Assembly: GCA_963666275.2 (NCBI GenBank)
Contig: CAXXOA010000002.1
Coordinates: 736,001 to 800,000 of the forward strand
DNA: 64,000 nucleotides
Reading direction: 5' to 3'
DNA from: Oceanispirochaeta sp.
Lineage (GTDB): Bacteria > Spirochaetota > Spirochaetia > DSM-2461
Shown here: positions 47,675-57,706 of the stretch, piece after piece
Layout: each line of letters starts with the position of its first letter
Numbering within the stretch: the first letter of the stretch is position 1
Position numbers and translations under genes: made by a program
The notes under the pieces: generated by a model
The model's database searches: none
What the model saw: the letters and a program-made list of their open reading frames with translations, nothing else
What the model was told of the DNA's origin: nothing

Positions 47675-48958
47675 ATGAAAAAAATGCGTTTTATCCTCCC
47701 TGTTTTTCTCCTGGTTCTGCTGCTCCTCTCCTTTTCTGGTATAGGCCGGAACGGGGCACAGGCAGAAAGCGGAAATTCAGATATTTGGATCATTACGGAT
47801 ATCCATTATCTTTCTGACAAACTTCGGGATCAGGGCCCTGTTTTTACAGGGTTCATCCAGTCGGGAGATGGAAAGAATATCCTCCGGATAGATGCCATAC
47901 TCTCGGGTTTTTACGCATCCGTGGAAAAGAACAGGCCCGCTGCTCTCCTTGTCACAGGAGACCTGACCTTTAACGGCGAGAAACAGAGCCACAGAGACCT
48001 GGCTAAATGGTTTCGTAAAATCGAGTCCCTGGGAACCCGGGTCTATGTGATCCCCGGAAACCATGACATCAACAATCCCTGGGCAAGGAAGATCACAGAG
48101 GACGAGATCCAGCAGGTTCCCGGAGTTTCTCCGGAAGAGTTCGCCCGTATCTACAGAAACTTCGGATATAAAAATGCCCTCTCCTATGATCCGGCTTCCC
48201 TGAGCTATCTGATAGAACCGGTCCCTGGTTTTCTTGTTTTTATGCTCGATTCCTGCCGGTATGACAGAAATCTGGCCTACGGTGTTCCCGTCGGCAGCGG
48301 AGCGATCTCCTCTGAAACCAGGGAGTGGATAACTGAAAGAGTCAGAGATCCGGAACTGCAGGGGAAAAACGCAGCGGTTGCCATGCATCACACCCTTCTG
48401 GAGCATAACCCCATGGTGAGTGACGGGTTTACTGTGAACGACAGTGAAAATTTGCAGGATTTTTTCTCCACCCTGGGGCTCAGGACCTTTCTGAGCGGAC
48501 ATATTCATATTCAGGATATCATTCACAGGGAGAGGGCTGACGGGAGAATTCTGGATATTACAACCAATGCCCTGTCTGTGTATCCCCATAACTACGGGGT
48601 TCTATCTCTGTCCCGGAAAAATCCCGAGTATACCGCTGTCAGCCTGTCTGATTCGCCGGAGCACATAGAGCAGGATGTCCTGCCCTCTCTCAGGTCCTTT
48701 TTCATTCAGAGTTCCGATCAGATGGTCCGGAAAACTCTGGATGCCGGGCTCTATTCAGCTGATGAAATAGACAGGATGTCAGAATTTCTCTCCCTGGCAA
48801 ATCTCAATTTTTTTGCAGGACGCGAGGATCCCCACAGGATAAATCCCGAAACCCTGGAACTTTTCAGAAGAGACGGCAGTTCATTCCTGAGGGGGTACCT
48901 GGAAAGTATTCTCAGGGATCTTCCTCCGGGGGATCAATCGGAACCTCTGGAGTTGTAA
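47675..48958 (+). CDS. Exported calcineurin-like metallophosphoesterase
   Basis: ITDIH, TGDL, GNHD, MHH and SGHIH motifs; N-terminal signal/anchor; start moved to ATG 47675. Confidence 0.85.
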   Translation: MKKMRFILPVFLLVLLLLSFSGIGRNGAQAESGNSDIWIITDIHYLSDKLRDQGPVFTGFIQSGDGKNILRIDAILSGFYASVEKNRPAALLVTGDLTFNGEKQSHRDLAKWFRKIESLGTRVYVIPGNHDINNPWARKITEDEIQQVPGVSPEEFARIYRNFGYKNALSYDPASLSYLIEPVPGFLVFMLDSCRYDRNLAYGVPVGSGAISSETREWITERVRDPELQGKNAAVAMHHTLLEHNPMVSDGFTVNDSENLQDFFSTLGLRTFLSGHIHIQDIIHRERADGRILDITTNALSVYPHNYGVLSLSRKNPEYTAVSLSDSPEHIEQDVLPSLRSFFIQSSDQMVRKTLDAGLYSADEIDRMSEFLSLANLNFFAGREDPHRINPETLELFRRDGSSFLRGYLESILRDLPPGDQSEPLEL

Positions 48959-48989
48959 AGGGGGAACCTTCAGTCTTACGGGAAAGCTG

Positions 48990-50018
48990 CTATATCTGAA
49001 CTTTATTCAGACCTGTACAAGACCCTCCGGACCGCAGTTCATGGGGGAGTACCCTGCTTAAACCGGAGGAGCCTGAAAAATCAGTTTCTCTGGAATCAAT
49101 GAAATCCAGAAGGGTTTCGATGGTCATAGAAGCTATCCTGTCCAGGGGCTGACTTATCGTAGCCAGGTCCGGTTCGATAAAACCTCCCAGATCAATGCCG
49201 TCATAGCCCATCACATCAATCTCCCGGCCGACTTTCCGCCCTGAATCCGCAATGGCTCTGTAGCCTCCCACAGCCATTTCATCACTCACATAGAATGCTG
49301 CCGTGATTTCAGGACTCCCGGTGAGGAGTTTTTCTGTCACATCCTTTCCCGATTGGAAGGAAAATGATCCGGGCAGAACATAATCAGAGTTGAAAGTCAG
49401 TCCTGCTGCCTCCAGGGCTCTCCTGTAGCCCTGAATCTGAGGATCCGAGCCGGCATCATTGATGGCATCTCCGCAGATGAATCCGATTTTTTCATGACCC
49501 AGGGATATCAGATGGGAAATTCCGTCATAAACCGCCTGTTCCGCATCTATGTGATAGGACGGCCATTTCAGTTCGGGGATATGTATGGCACATTGGACAA
49601 CCGGAGTTGTACTGGCATTGAGATAGGAGTTGATCCTGTCCGAATAGGATTCATGACAGAGGATCAGACCATCCACTTCTTTCTGTTTCAGAAGATTCAG
49701 GTAACTGATTTCCGATGTATCGTCATCTTTGATATGGCAGACAATAACCTTGTAGCCTTCCTTTTCCAGGATCGATTCAAGGATGTAGAAAAGTTTCTGA
49801 TGAAAACTGACAGAGACTTTCGGTAAAATCAGACCGATCAGATTTGTTTTCTGAAGGACCATGCTCCTGGCCATCTGATTGGGGACATAGCTCTCCTGCT
49901 CAATTGCCTTCCGCACTTTTTCCTCGAGTTCGGGGCTCACAGGTTTTGTTCCATTCAGGACGCGGGAAACTGTGGAAATCGAAACACCGGCTATCCGGGC
50001 TATGTCTTTTATACCCAT
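48990..50018 (-). CDS. LacI-family repressor
   Basis: IKDIARIAGVSISTVSRVLN, YVPNQMARSM, GYDGI. Confidence 0.93.
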   Translation of the reverse strand: MGIKDIARIAGVSISTVSRVLNGTKPVSPELEEKVRKAIEQESYVPNQMARSMVLQKTNLIGLILPKVSVSFHQKLFYILESILEKEGYKVIVCHIKDDDTSEISYLNLLKQKEVDGLILCHESYSDRINSYLNASTTPVVQCAIHIPELKWPSYHIDAEQAVYDGISHLISLGHEKIGFICGDAINDAGSDPQIQGYRRALEAAGLTFNSDYVLPGSFSFQSGKDVTEKLLTGSPEITAAFYVSDEMAVGGYRAIADSGRKVGREIDVMGYDGIDLGGFIEPDLATISQPLDRIASMTIETLLDFIDSRETDFSGSSGLSRVLPHELRSGGSCTGLNKVQI

Positions 50019-50071
50019 ATCTGCATTCTAAAGTATCTTCCCCGGGTTATTCAATAAAAAATCAATCTTTT

Positions 50072-50115
50072 AGGAAAAGGTTTTCCTTGACGGGAAAACC
50101 TTTTCCCGCTAGAGT
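50072..50115 (+). promoter_or_regulatory. Sigma70 promoter bracketed by two LacI-type operators
   Basis: AGGAAAAGGTTTTCCT (50072-50087) and CGGGAAAACCTTTTCCCG (50091-50108); TTGACG (50087-50092), 17 bp, TAGAGT (50110-50115). Confidence 0.75.
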
Positions 50116-50143
50116 GGAATTAAACTCAAAGAAAGGAGCTAAT

Positions 50144-51430
50144 ATGAAAAAAATCATTGGTCTCTCTCTGGCTCTGCTGCTTCTTCCCTGTTTCATAATG
50201 GCAGGCGGAAATCAGGAGATGGAAAAATCAGGAGATGAAACAGTTACTCTCGTTGTCTGGGATCAGTTCTACAGAGGTGCGGAAAATTCCATAATGGAAC
50301 AGATTATTGAAGAGTTTGAAGCACAGCATCCCGGAGTGGTTATTCAAAGGGAAGCAAAAACCCTTGATGATCTGAAACTTGTCCTCCAGATGAATGTACA
50401 GTCGGGAACCGGTCCTGATATTATGCAGCTGAATCAGGGTGAAGCGGATATGGGCTCCTTTGTCAAATCAGACCTTCTGGCGAATCTGACTGACGTGGCT
50501 GTGGCCAAAGGCTGGGAAGATCGGCTTACCAAAGCGAATCTGACTTCCATGGGTTACGGCGGAGAGTACTACGGCGTTTCCGTCACAGGTGAAGTTGTGG
50601 GGTTCTTCTATAACAAAGAGCTTTTCAAAGAGCTGAATCTTTCTATACCGGCAACATTCGAAGAGTTGGAAGCCCTTCTGGCAAAAGTAAAATCCGCCGG
50701 TTATGTTCCCATCAATTTCGGAAACCTCGACGGATGGACAGGTATTCATGAATGGTCTTCCATCCAGCATGTCATGACAACCCGATCTGAGCTGGATCAG
50801 ATGATGAGCGGTAAATCCGGCTCCTTCTGGACCGTTGATGCCAATAAGAAATCTGCAGCCAAACTTCAGGAGTGGGTGAACAAAGGGTATTTCACCAAGG
50901 ACTTTTCCGCTATCGGCTACGATGATTCGGCCAATGTGTTCTATCAGGGAAAATCCGCCCTCATGCTGACAGGAAACTGGCTCCAGGGAGAGATTGATAA
51001 CAATGCCCCCTTCGAAGCAGGTTTCTTCCTTCTTCCGGCTCCCTCTTCAATACCGGGAAACCTGAAAGCTGTCGGAGGTCCGGGGATCCCCTTTGTTATC
51101 AATAAAGATACGGATAACCTCGATCTGGCTGTTGAATTCCTTGATCTTCTGACACAGGAAAAAACAGCTGTACTCTGGGCTGAAAATGCCATGCTTCCCG
51201 CACTCCCCATCTCTGAAAAGGCTGTCCCTGGTGCCACAGATCTGTTCCGTGACATCCTGAACAGCTATGAGAAAGTCAACAGCAATAACGGTATCGGGTA
51301 TTTCATCGACTGGATCACTCCGTCTTTCTATGACACAAGTTCGTCTGCAGTACAGACTCTCATGTCCGGAGATTCCACTCCGGAAGAGTTTGTTAAGGCC
51401 CTTCAGGAAGACTACAACAGCTATCACTGA
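50144..51430 (+). CDS. Carbohydrate ABC transporter substrate-binding protein (family 1)
   Basis: AAAGGAG RBS, MAGGNQE N-terminus, GPDIM, FFYNKELF, FYQGKSALMLTGNW. Confidence 0.9.
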   Translation: MKKIIGLSLALLLLPCFIMAGGNQEMEKSGDETVTLVVWDQFYRGAENSIMEQIIEEFEAQHPGVVIQREAKTLDDLKLVLQMNVQSGTGPDIMQLNQGEADMGSFVKSDLLANLTDVAVAKGWEDRLTKANLTSMGYGGEYYGVSVTGEVVGFFYNKELFKELNLSIPATFEELEALLAKVKSAGYVPINFGNLDGWTGIHEWSSIQHVMTTRSELDQMMSGKSGSFWTVDANKKSAAKLQEWVNKGYFTKDFSAIGYDDSANVFYQGKSALMLTGNWLQGEIDNNAPFEAGFFLLPAPSSIPGNLKAVGGPGIPFVINKDTDNLDLAVEFLDLLTQEKTAVLWAENAMLPALPISEKAVPGATDLFRDILNSYEKVNSNNGIGYFIDWITPSFYDTSSSAVQTLMSGDSTPEEFVKALQEDYNSYH

Positions 51431-51524
51431 TTCTCACAATAAAACACAGGGGGGCTGAAATCCGGTCCTCCTGACAATCATAAGCCTTTTTTGAATCTGA
51501 ACAGACAGGGCGGAGTAAAAATAC

Positions 51525-52436
51525 ATGAAGAAAATTCTAATCATCGGACCGGTCTTTTGCGATCTCCTGCTGGATGGGTTTCAAAGGGTTCCCTCTCCGG
51601 GAGAAGAAGAGTATCTCAACAATATCGGGACATCCATTGGCGGTGTCGCGATTACGGCTATGGCTCTGAATCAGCTGGGTATACCTACAGAGCTGGTTAC
51701 ATCACTGGGAGATGATCTTTTCGGCAGATATATACTGGAAGATCTCAGATCAAAAGAAATCGGTACAAATTATATTACAGTTGAGAAGGGTAACAGGAGT
51801 AATCTCACTGTTATTTTTCCATTTGAAAAGGATCGGTCTTTTCTGACTCAGATGATGGACCAGGACTGTAGGACCAGGACTATTTTAGAGGGGCTCCACA
51901 GAATCAATCTTGATGAGTTTTCCCACATACATATTACCTTTCCCCTTTTAAAAGAGAAAGAATACAAAGAACTTGTTTCCAGGGCTTCGGATAAAGGTCT
52001 CTCTATTTCTGCAGATCTCGGTTTTGATGATGCTAAAGCCTGGGATGATTCGGACTATATGCTGCTGAAAATCCTTGATTACTTTCTGCCCAATGATAAG
52101 GAAACTTTCCTTATTACGGGAGAGAAAGATGTCGAGAAAGCAATCCGCATCTTAACACAGTGGGTAAAGACACCCCTTGTAACACTGGGGCGGAACGGTG
52201 TCCTCCTTATTAATGAAAATGACGAAATCTGCCGGATTCCGGCTATAGATATTCCGGTTATCAATACTACCGGAGCAGGAGATTCCTTTACTGCCGGATT
52301 CCTTTACGGAAGACTGAATAAGGAGCCCCTCGAAACATCCGCTTTAAAGGGAGTCATTTGCGGTTCTCTGACTGCCGGGGCGCATGAATCCGTATCGGGT
52401 CAGATCAGTTTAAAGGAAATCAGAGAATATATTTAG
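51525..52436 (+). CDS. PfkB-family carbohydrate kinase
   Basis: GGVAI, LGDDLFG, FLPNDKE, VTLGRNG, NTTGAGDSF. Confidence 0.9.
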   Translation: MKKILIIGPVFCDLLLDGFQRVPSPGEEEYLNNIGTSIGGVAITAMALNQLGIPTELVTSLGDDLFGRYILEDLRSKEIGTNYITVEKGNRSNLTVIFPFEKDRSFLTQMMDQDCRTRTILEGLHRINLDEFSHIHITFPLLKEKEYKELVSRASDKGLSISADLGFDDAKAWDDSDYMLLKILDYFLPNDKETFLITGEKDVEKAIRILTQWVKTPLVTLGRNGVLLINENDEICRIPAIDIPVINTTGAGDSFTAGFLYGRLNKEPLETSALKGVICGSLTAGAHESVSGQISLKEIREYI

Positions 52437-52464
52437 AAAAAAACCTTGTTCAAGGAGTCAGAGA

Positions 52465-53808
52465 ATGAAACTGGGAATTATCGGCGGAGGGAGTGTCCGG
52501 ACGCCGCTTTTAATTAAAAATCTACTGGAAAGGAATGATCCGGAACTGACCGAGATCGGCATATTTGATACGGATCATGAGAAGGTCAGACTTATCAGAC
52601 CTGTTCTGGATGAGATTGCCTCCCGCCTGGGCAGCCGGAAGCAGATTACAATCTGTGAAACCTTTGAAGAAATGGCTCATGGTGTGGATTATGTTTTTTC
52701 AAGCTTTCGTCAGGGAGGCGATGCCGGTAGAATCTTTGATGAATCTCTGGCCGAATCCCTGGGGATGCTGGGGCAGGAGACCGTGGGCGCCGGGGGAGCT
52801 TCTATGGCTCTGAGAACTCTGCCCGCTGCTATGGAGTATGCGGAATCCCTGAATCGGATCTCTCCGGATGCCTGGCTGATTAATTTTACAAATCCTTCGG
52901 GAATCCTTACGGAGGCTCTCCTGAATTACAGCAGTCATAAAAAGATTATAGGTATCTGTGATGCTCCCATTGTGATTAAAAATATGGCTGCCCGGTATTT
53001 GAAATGTCCGGTAGGGGAGATTGATTTCAAGAGCTTCGGACTGAATCATCTCGGCTGGGTCTATGAAATAAGGAGGAATGGTAAATCTGTTCTTGAACAG
53101 CTGGTGGAAGAAGCCGAGGAATTTGTTAAAACCGAGCCTCTGTATACAAATATGGTGGACCATATAAAGGAGACCGGACTGATTCCTAATGAATACCTCC
53201 TTTTCTACCTCCATTCGGAAGAAATAAGAAAAAAGTATGCTGAAAAATCCTATAAAAGGAGCCAGTTCATTGCAGATATAAATGAAGATTTTTTTAAGAA
53301 TCTCAGAAACCGGGGAACAGATTCGGCTATCACTGTCTATGAAAATTATCTGACCAGGAGAGAGAGTTCCTATATGGCCGTAGAGTCGGGAAATCCCCGG
53401 AAGGAAGAAAAAATTGATATTTTCGCCCTGAAAGACAAATTCGGTTACGACGATGTGGCTATTGCCGTGATGGATTCTCTCCGCGGCAAGGGGGATATAA
53501 CTCTTCCGGTCAATAGAAAAAATGACAGCTGTTCCTATCTGGAGAGAGATGATATTGTCGAGGTAGATACCCGTATCTGCAAAGATGGATTCAAACCGGG
53601 CTTTGATGTTCCGGAGCTTCCCGCATTCTGCCGTCAGCTGATTCTCTCGGTAAAATCCTACGAACGGGATCTGGTCAGGGGATACTTCGAGAAGGATGCG
53701 GACCGTATTGTGAAGGCTCTGGGCCGGAATCCTCTCATACCGGAGGAGAAGGCTGAAGCTCTGTTTAAAGCCGTTTTGAAGAACCACAATATGAAGGGGT
53801 TCCTTTAA
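52465..53808 (+). CDS. Family 4 glycoside hydrolase (6-phospho-beta-glucosidase-like)
   Basis: GGGSVRTP, GQETVGAGG, INFTNP, GICD, GLNH (NAD+/Mn2+-dependent GH4 motifs). Confidence 0.9.
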   Translation: MKLGIIGGGSVRTPLLIKNLLERNDPELTEIGIFDTDHEKVRLIRPVLDEIASRLGSRKQITICETFEEMAHGVDYVFSSFRQGGDAGRIFDESLAESLGMLGQETVGAGGASMALRTLPAAMEYAESLNRISPDAWLINFTNPSGILTEALLNYSSHKKIIGICDAPIVIKNMAARYLKCPVGEIDFKSFGLNHLGWVYEIRRNGKSVLEQLVEEAEEFVKTEPLYTNMVDHIKETGLIPNEYLLFYLHSEEIRKKYAEKSYKRSQFIADINEDFFKNLRNRGTDSAITVYENYLTRRESSYMAVESGNPRKEEKIDIFALKDKFGYDDVAIAVMDSLRGKGDITLPVNRKNDSCSYLERDDIVEVDTRICKDGFKPGFDVPELPAFCRQLILSVKSYERDLVRGYFEKDADRIVKALGRNPLIPEEKAEALFKAVLKNHNMKGFL

Positions 53809-54701
53809 TGAAAAAAAAGTACCGATCCCTCTATGAACGTCCCATGGGAGGGCTTCTCTATCTGATTCCGGGGATTGCGGTTTACTTCCTTTTCTTTATC
53901 TTCCCTGTTATCCGATCCCTGCTTTCCAGTTTTTATCAGTATGAGACCATGTTCCGCCGGTCTTTTTCCGGTCTGGAAAACTACATACTCGTTCTGAAGG
54001 ATTCAAAATTCTGGATTTCCCTCTCCCACAACGGGATCCTTATCCTCTTCATGATGCTTCTGCCGGGGATCGCCGGTCTGCTCCTGGCAACTCTGTTCGA
54101 ACTGGGAAAGCCGAAATTCGGAAAAGTCTTTGAAGTCAGCTGTTTCGCTCCCCAGATCCTTTCTCTGGTTGTGGTCGGCGTCATATGGAAGTGGATATAC
54201 AATCCTGTCTTCGGAATCCTCAATCATTTCCTCACGATTCTGGGACTGGAGAGCCTGACCCGTCCCTGGCTGGGGGATGCCTCCACAGCTCTTGCGGCCG
54301 TGGGATTCACAGGGACCTGGGTCAATTACGGTTTTGCCATGGTCATTTTTATGGCGGGATATAAAAAGATCCCCCGATCCCTTTTTGAATCCGCCTCCCT
54401 GGACGGTGCGGGATTCTGGCGGCAGTTCTATTCGATTTCTCTTCCGTCCCTGGCCGGGGAGTCGGCGGTGGTTTTTACCTATCTGTATATTCAGTCTCTC
54501 AAAACTTTTGATCTGAGTTATATCATGACAAAAGGTGGGCCCGGAGATTCCACCTCGGTCCTCTCTCTCTATATTTTTAAAAATGCCTTTCAATACAACA
54601 GGATGGGATACTCTGCGGCTCTGGCTATACTACTGCTTATCTGTATCACCATCGGATCCACTCTCATCGGGTATCTGACAGGGAGGGACAGCGATGAATA
54701 G
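53808..54701 (+). CDS. Carbohydrate ABC permease
   Basis: GLENY; EAA loop ESASLDGA; TKGGPG. Confidence 0.92.
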   Translation: MKKKYRSLYERPMGGLLYLIPGIAVYFLFFIFPVIRSLLSSFYQYETMFRRSFSGLENYILVLKDSKFWISLSHNGILILFMMLLPGIAGLLLATLFELGKPKFGKVFEVSCFAPQILSLVVVGVIWKWIYNPVFGILNHFLTILGLESLTRPWLGDASTALAAVGFTGTWVNYGFAMVIFMAGYKKIPRSLFESASLDGAGFWRQFYSISLPSLAGESAVVFTYLYIQSLKTFDLSYIMTKGGPGDSTSVLSLYIFKNAFQYNRMGYSAALAILLLICITIGSTLIGYLTGRDSDE

Positions 54702-55524
54702 CAGACAGACAGTTTATAAAATTTTCACCTATGCCGTGCTTGTGCTGGTCTTACTTATGGCCGTCACACCCCTTTTTTTTACCTGGTTCACCGCATTCAA
54801 GGCAAAATCAGAATTGATCACCAATATCTTCGGACTCCCCCGGAGCTGGGAGTGGGGCAACATAGGCAGAGCCTGGAACCAGGGGCATTTCGGTACCTAT
54901 TACAGGAACTCTCTTATTGTTGTCTTCCCTGTCATTTTTCTTTCCCTGTTTTTATCCCTTCTGAATGCCTATGGTTTTGTCCATTTCCGGATCCCCGGTA
55001 AAAAAATTCTTTTCCAGATTTTCCTGCTGGGCCTGGCTGTTCCCATGGAAGTTGTCATGATCCAGCAGTACTTCCATATGCAGAATCTCGGGCTTCTCAA
55101 CACAAGAACCGGGCTTATACTGGCACAGGTGGCCATGTCCCTTCCTTTCGGGACCTTTTTCCTTTCCGCCAGTATGAAAACACTCCCCCGGGCAGTGATC
55201 GAATCTGCCGAAGTGGACGGGGCTTCTCCAATGCGGATCCTGTGGCAGATCCTCATGCCCCTGCTCATGCCCTCTCTCGTGGCGGCGTCTATCTTCTTTT
55301 TCATCTGGACCTGGAACGAATTCCTTCTGGCCCTGGTTCTGATCGGTGTGGAAAAGTTGAGAACCCTTCCTCTGGGGATGGCCTATTTTCAGGGCAAATA
55401 CGTGGGAGATATTCCTCTTATGGCCATGGGAGCCACTCTGATGACCGTCCCTGTGCTGGCGTTTTACGTGGCACTGCAGCGGTATTTTATCTCCGGTATC
55501 ATCGCCGGATCTGTTAAAGAGTAA
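54694..55524 (+). CDS. Carbohydrate ABC permease
   Basis: ESAEVDGAS, WNEF, TLPLG, QRYFISG. Confidence 0.92.
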   Translation: MNSRQTVYKIFTYAVLVLVLLMAVTPLFFTWFTAFKAKSELITNIFGLPRSWEWGNIGRAWNQGHFGTYYRNSLIVVFPVIFLSLFLSLLNAYGFVHFRIPGKKILFQIFLLGLAVPMEVVMIQQYFHMQNLGLLNTRTGLILAQVAMSLPFGTFFLSASMKTLPRAVIESAEVDGASPMRILWQILMPLLMPSLVAASIFFFIWTWNEFLLALVLIGVEKLRTLPLGMAYFQGKYVGDIPLMAMGATLMTVPVLAFYVALQRYFISGIIAGSVKE

Positions 55525-55534
55525 GGAGAGTCTA

Positions 55535-56548
55535 TTGAATCTGCAGAATCCATCCTATGCTGACTTCAGCCTGTGCCGGGAAATGCTTCAGACTCCGGAA
55601 ATCATCGCATCATTCGATTCCCGGGCAGCGGAACAGTTCCATCCCGGAAAAACTGGCAGAGTTCTGATCACAGGCGAGGGCAGCAGCCGGATCTTCCCGG
55701 CAAAGAATGCCATCCATTACAATCTGAAACGGGGCAGTTCCACAATATTTACCGCCGGTTCCTATCTTGCCAGGGAGTATGATCTGAAAGACTCAGCTGT
55801 TTTCGGCAGCACCAATTCAGGCAGCACAAAAGAGCTTGCGGCCCTGATCGATACTTTCGGGAAGGGAACAGGAACTCCCGATTCGTTTACTCTGGTCACA
55901 GCCAATGGGGATTCCCCCCTTTTGAAGGAAGCGGACTCCCGTTACATTCTGGGCTGCGGCCAGGAGAAGGCTGTCGCCGCCACGAAGAGCGTGGTGGAAC
56001 AGGCTCTGTTTTTTCACAGCTATGCGGCTTTGGGAAACCGAGAGGACATGACGGGCCTGTCCGCCCTGGCAGGCAGCTTCGCATCCGTACTGGAGCAAAC
56101 AGTACCCCGGGGGATCGCTGAAACCATCGCCCGGTCGGGGCGTCTCTATTTCGCCGGAAAAAATGATGGAGCCGCAGAAGAATTGACTCTGAAAACCAAT
56201 GAAATTGTCAGAAAGCCTTCCGCCTTTCTGGAAGGCACCTATCTGCTTCATGGCATTGAAGAAATTCTGGGAAAAGAGGATGTCATTGTCATTCTGGATC
56301 CCTATCCCGAAGAGTATGAAAAGATCCGGCAGTGCATTACAGAAGCCACTGGGGCTTCGGTCGTAGCTGTCTCTTCCCGGCAGACCCCGTTTCCCACCAT
56401 CCAGATTCCATCTCTGGAGGGGTATGACTCCTACCTCCATCTGGCGGCGGGATGGAATCTTCTTGTGGACGCCGGATTACTCCTGGGGATTGATCTGGAT
56501 ACTCCCTCCAGAGCTAGAAAAGTCGGCAATGGCATAGCCGCCATTTAA
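55535..56548 (+). CDS. Double-SIS-domain sugar-phosphate isomerase/deaminase-like protein
   Basis: EMLQTP, TGEGSS, TNSGSTKE, EKAVAATKS, ELTLKTNE, HGIEE; TTG start after AAGGAG. Confidence 0.8.
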   Translation: MNLQNPSYADFSLCREMLQTPEIIASFDSRAAEQFHPGKTGRVLITGEGSSRIFPAKNAIHYNLKRGSSTIFTAGSYLAREYDLKDSAVFGSTNSGSTKELAALIDTFGKGTGTPDSFTLVTANGDSPLLKEADSRYILGCGQEKAVAATKSVVEQALFFHSYAALGNREDMTGLSALAGSFASVLEQTVPRGIAETIARSGRLYFAGKNDGAAEELTLKTNEIVRKPSAFLEGTYLLHGIEEILGKEDVIVILDPYPEEYEKIRQCITEATGASVVAVSSRQTPFPTIQIPSLEGYDSYLHLAAGWNLLVDAGLLLGIDLDTPSRARKVGNGIAAI

Positions 56549-56551
56549 GTC

Positions 56552-57568
56552 CTAGCTTTTCCGATCCTCCCGCCCATCAGCGTAGCGGGCAAAGCGGATA
56601 GCTTCGGGGGAGTGAACCGGTTCTCTTGTAGGCCAGGGCCAACCGCCGAACTGGGTGGCCCTGTAGTCGGAAATGGCCTGGTTGATCTCTTCGTCGGTGT
56701 TCATCACAAAGGGGCCGTACTGAGCCACAGGCTCTCCTATGGGTTTGCCCTGAAGCAGGAGCAGACGGCTTGTCTTCTCTCCGTTTGTCAGCTTCAGGGA
56801 AGAATCTCCCGGGACATCGAACGAGTGATTTTCCTGTATTTCTGTGTCATGGGCCTTGAGGCCGCCTCCCTCGTAGTAGTAGAGGGTTCTTCTGCTTTCA
56901 GATACTCCTTCCGGGAGAGTCCAGACAGCATGGGGGGCCAGGGTTATTATCCAGATGGCAACGTGGTTCTCCGGATTCTTTGCCCAGGAGTCAGGTGCCG
57001 GTGGAGGGGCTGTTTCTCCCCTGAGATTACCCGCAATGATCCGGACGGAAATCTCCCGGCCATCCTCGTCCTCTTCCTTACGTATGGGAATATCCTCAGA
57101 CCACAGCATGGTGTAGTGGGGATCGGCAAACTTATCCTTTGCAGGCAGATTCAGCCATACCTGAAAAAGGTGGAGTGTATTGGGTTTGTCCCGGTGGACA
57201 CAGGGAAACATTTCCGAGTGCTGAAGACCGCTGCCGGCTGTCATCCACTGGACATCTCCTTCCCCGTATCGCCCTGCGGCTCCGTGAGAATCCGAGTGAT
57301 CCACATAGCCTTCCAGAACGATGGTGACAGTCTCGAATCCCCTGTGGGGGTGCTCGGGAAATCCGGGGACCCTTTCGCCATGGTACATCCGCCAGCCGTC
57401 TTTCAGTGTAAAGTCCTGGCCGATATGCCTTCCCGCCAGAGAGGCGTCCGGACCCTGATGATCATTTCCCTCCGGGTAATGATCGTAGTGGTGGGCACAG
57501 AAAAGAAAAGGATCCTGTGTTACCCAGTGAAAACCCAGGCTTTGAATGTTACTGACAACTTCCTTCAT
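56552..57568 (-). CDS. Pirin-family protein
   Basis: DPFL, GFPEHPHRGFETVT, VQWMTAGSG..HSE, QVWLNLP, GPFVMNT. Confidence 0.93.
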   Translation of the reverse strand: MKEVVSNIQSLGFHWVTQDPFLFCAHHYDHYPEGNDHQGPDASLAGRHIGQDFTLKDGWRMYHGERVPGFPEHPHRGFETVTIVLEGYVDHSDSHGAAGRYGEGDVQWMTAGSGLQHSEMFPCVHRDKPNTLHLFQVWLNLPAKDKFADPHYTMLWSEDIPIRKEEDEDGREISVRIIAGNLRGETAPPPAPDSWAKNPENHVAIWIITLAPHAVWTLPEGVSESRRTLYYYEGGGLKAHDTEIQENHSFDVPGDSSLKLTNGEKTSRLLLLQGKPIGEPVAQYGPFVMNTDEEINQAISDYRATQFGGWPWPTREPVHSPEAIRFARYADGREDRKS

Positions 57569-57706
57569 AACGGCGACTCCCTGCTTTTTAAAAGGTATGT
57601 TCCTAAAATCATAGGGGATTCCTATCTATTTTGAAAGCAGGTTACTCTGATTTGCCGGATATATGGAAATCATTCCGGTTTTGTAATAATATATCTCCAT
57701 AAAAAA

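Noticed and set aside
49844..50143. Long N-terminal extensions in the ORF track (49844, 47525, 38113, 23145, 6072, 2752, 41994)
   Set aside because: They overlap neighbouring genes, promoters or terminators; downstream starts with better RBS, signal peptide or family N-terminus fit were used instead.
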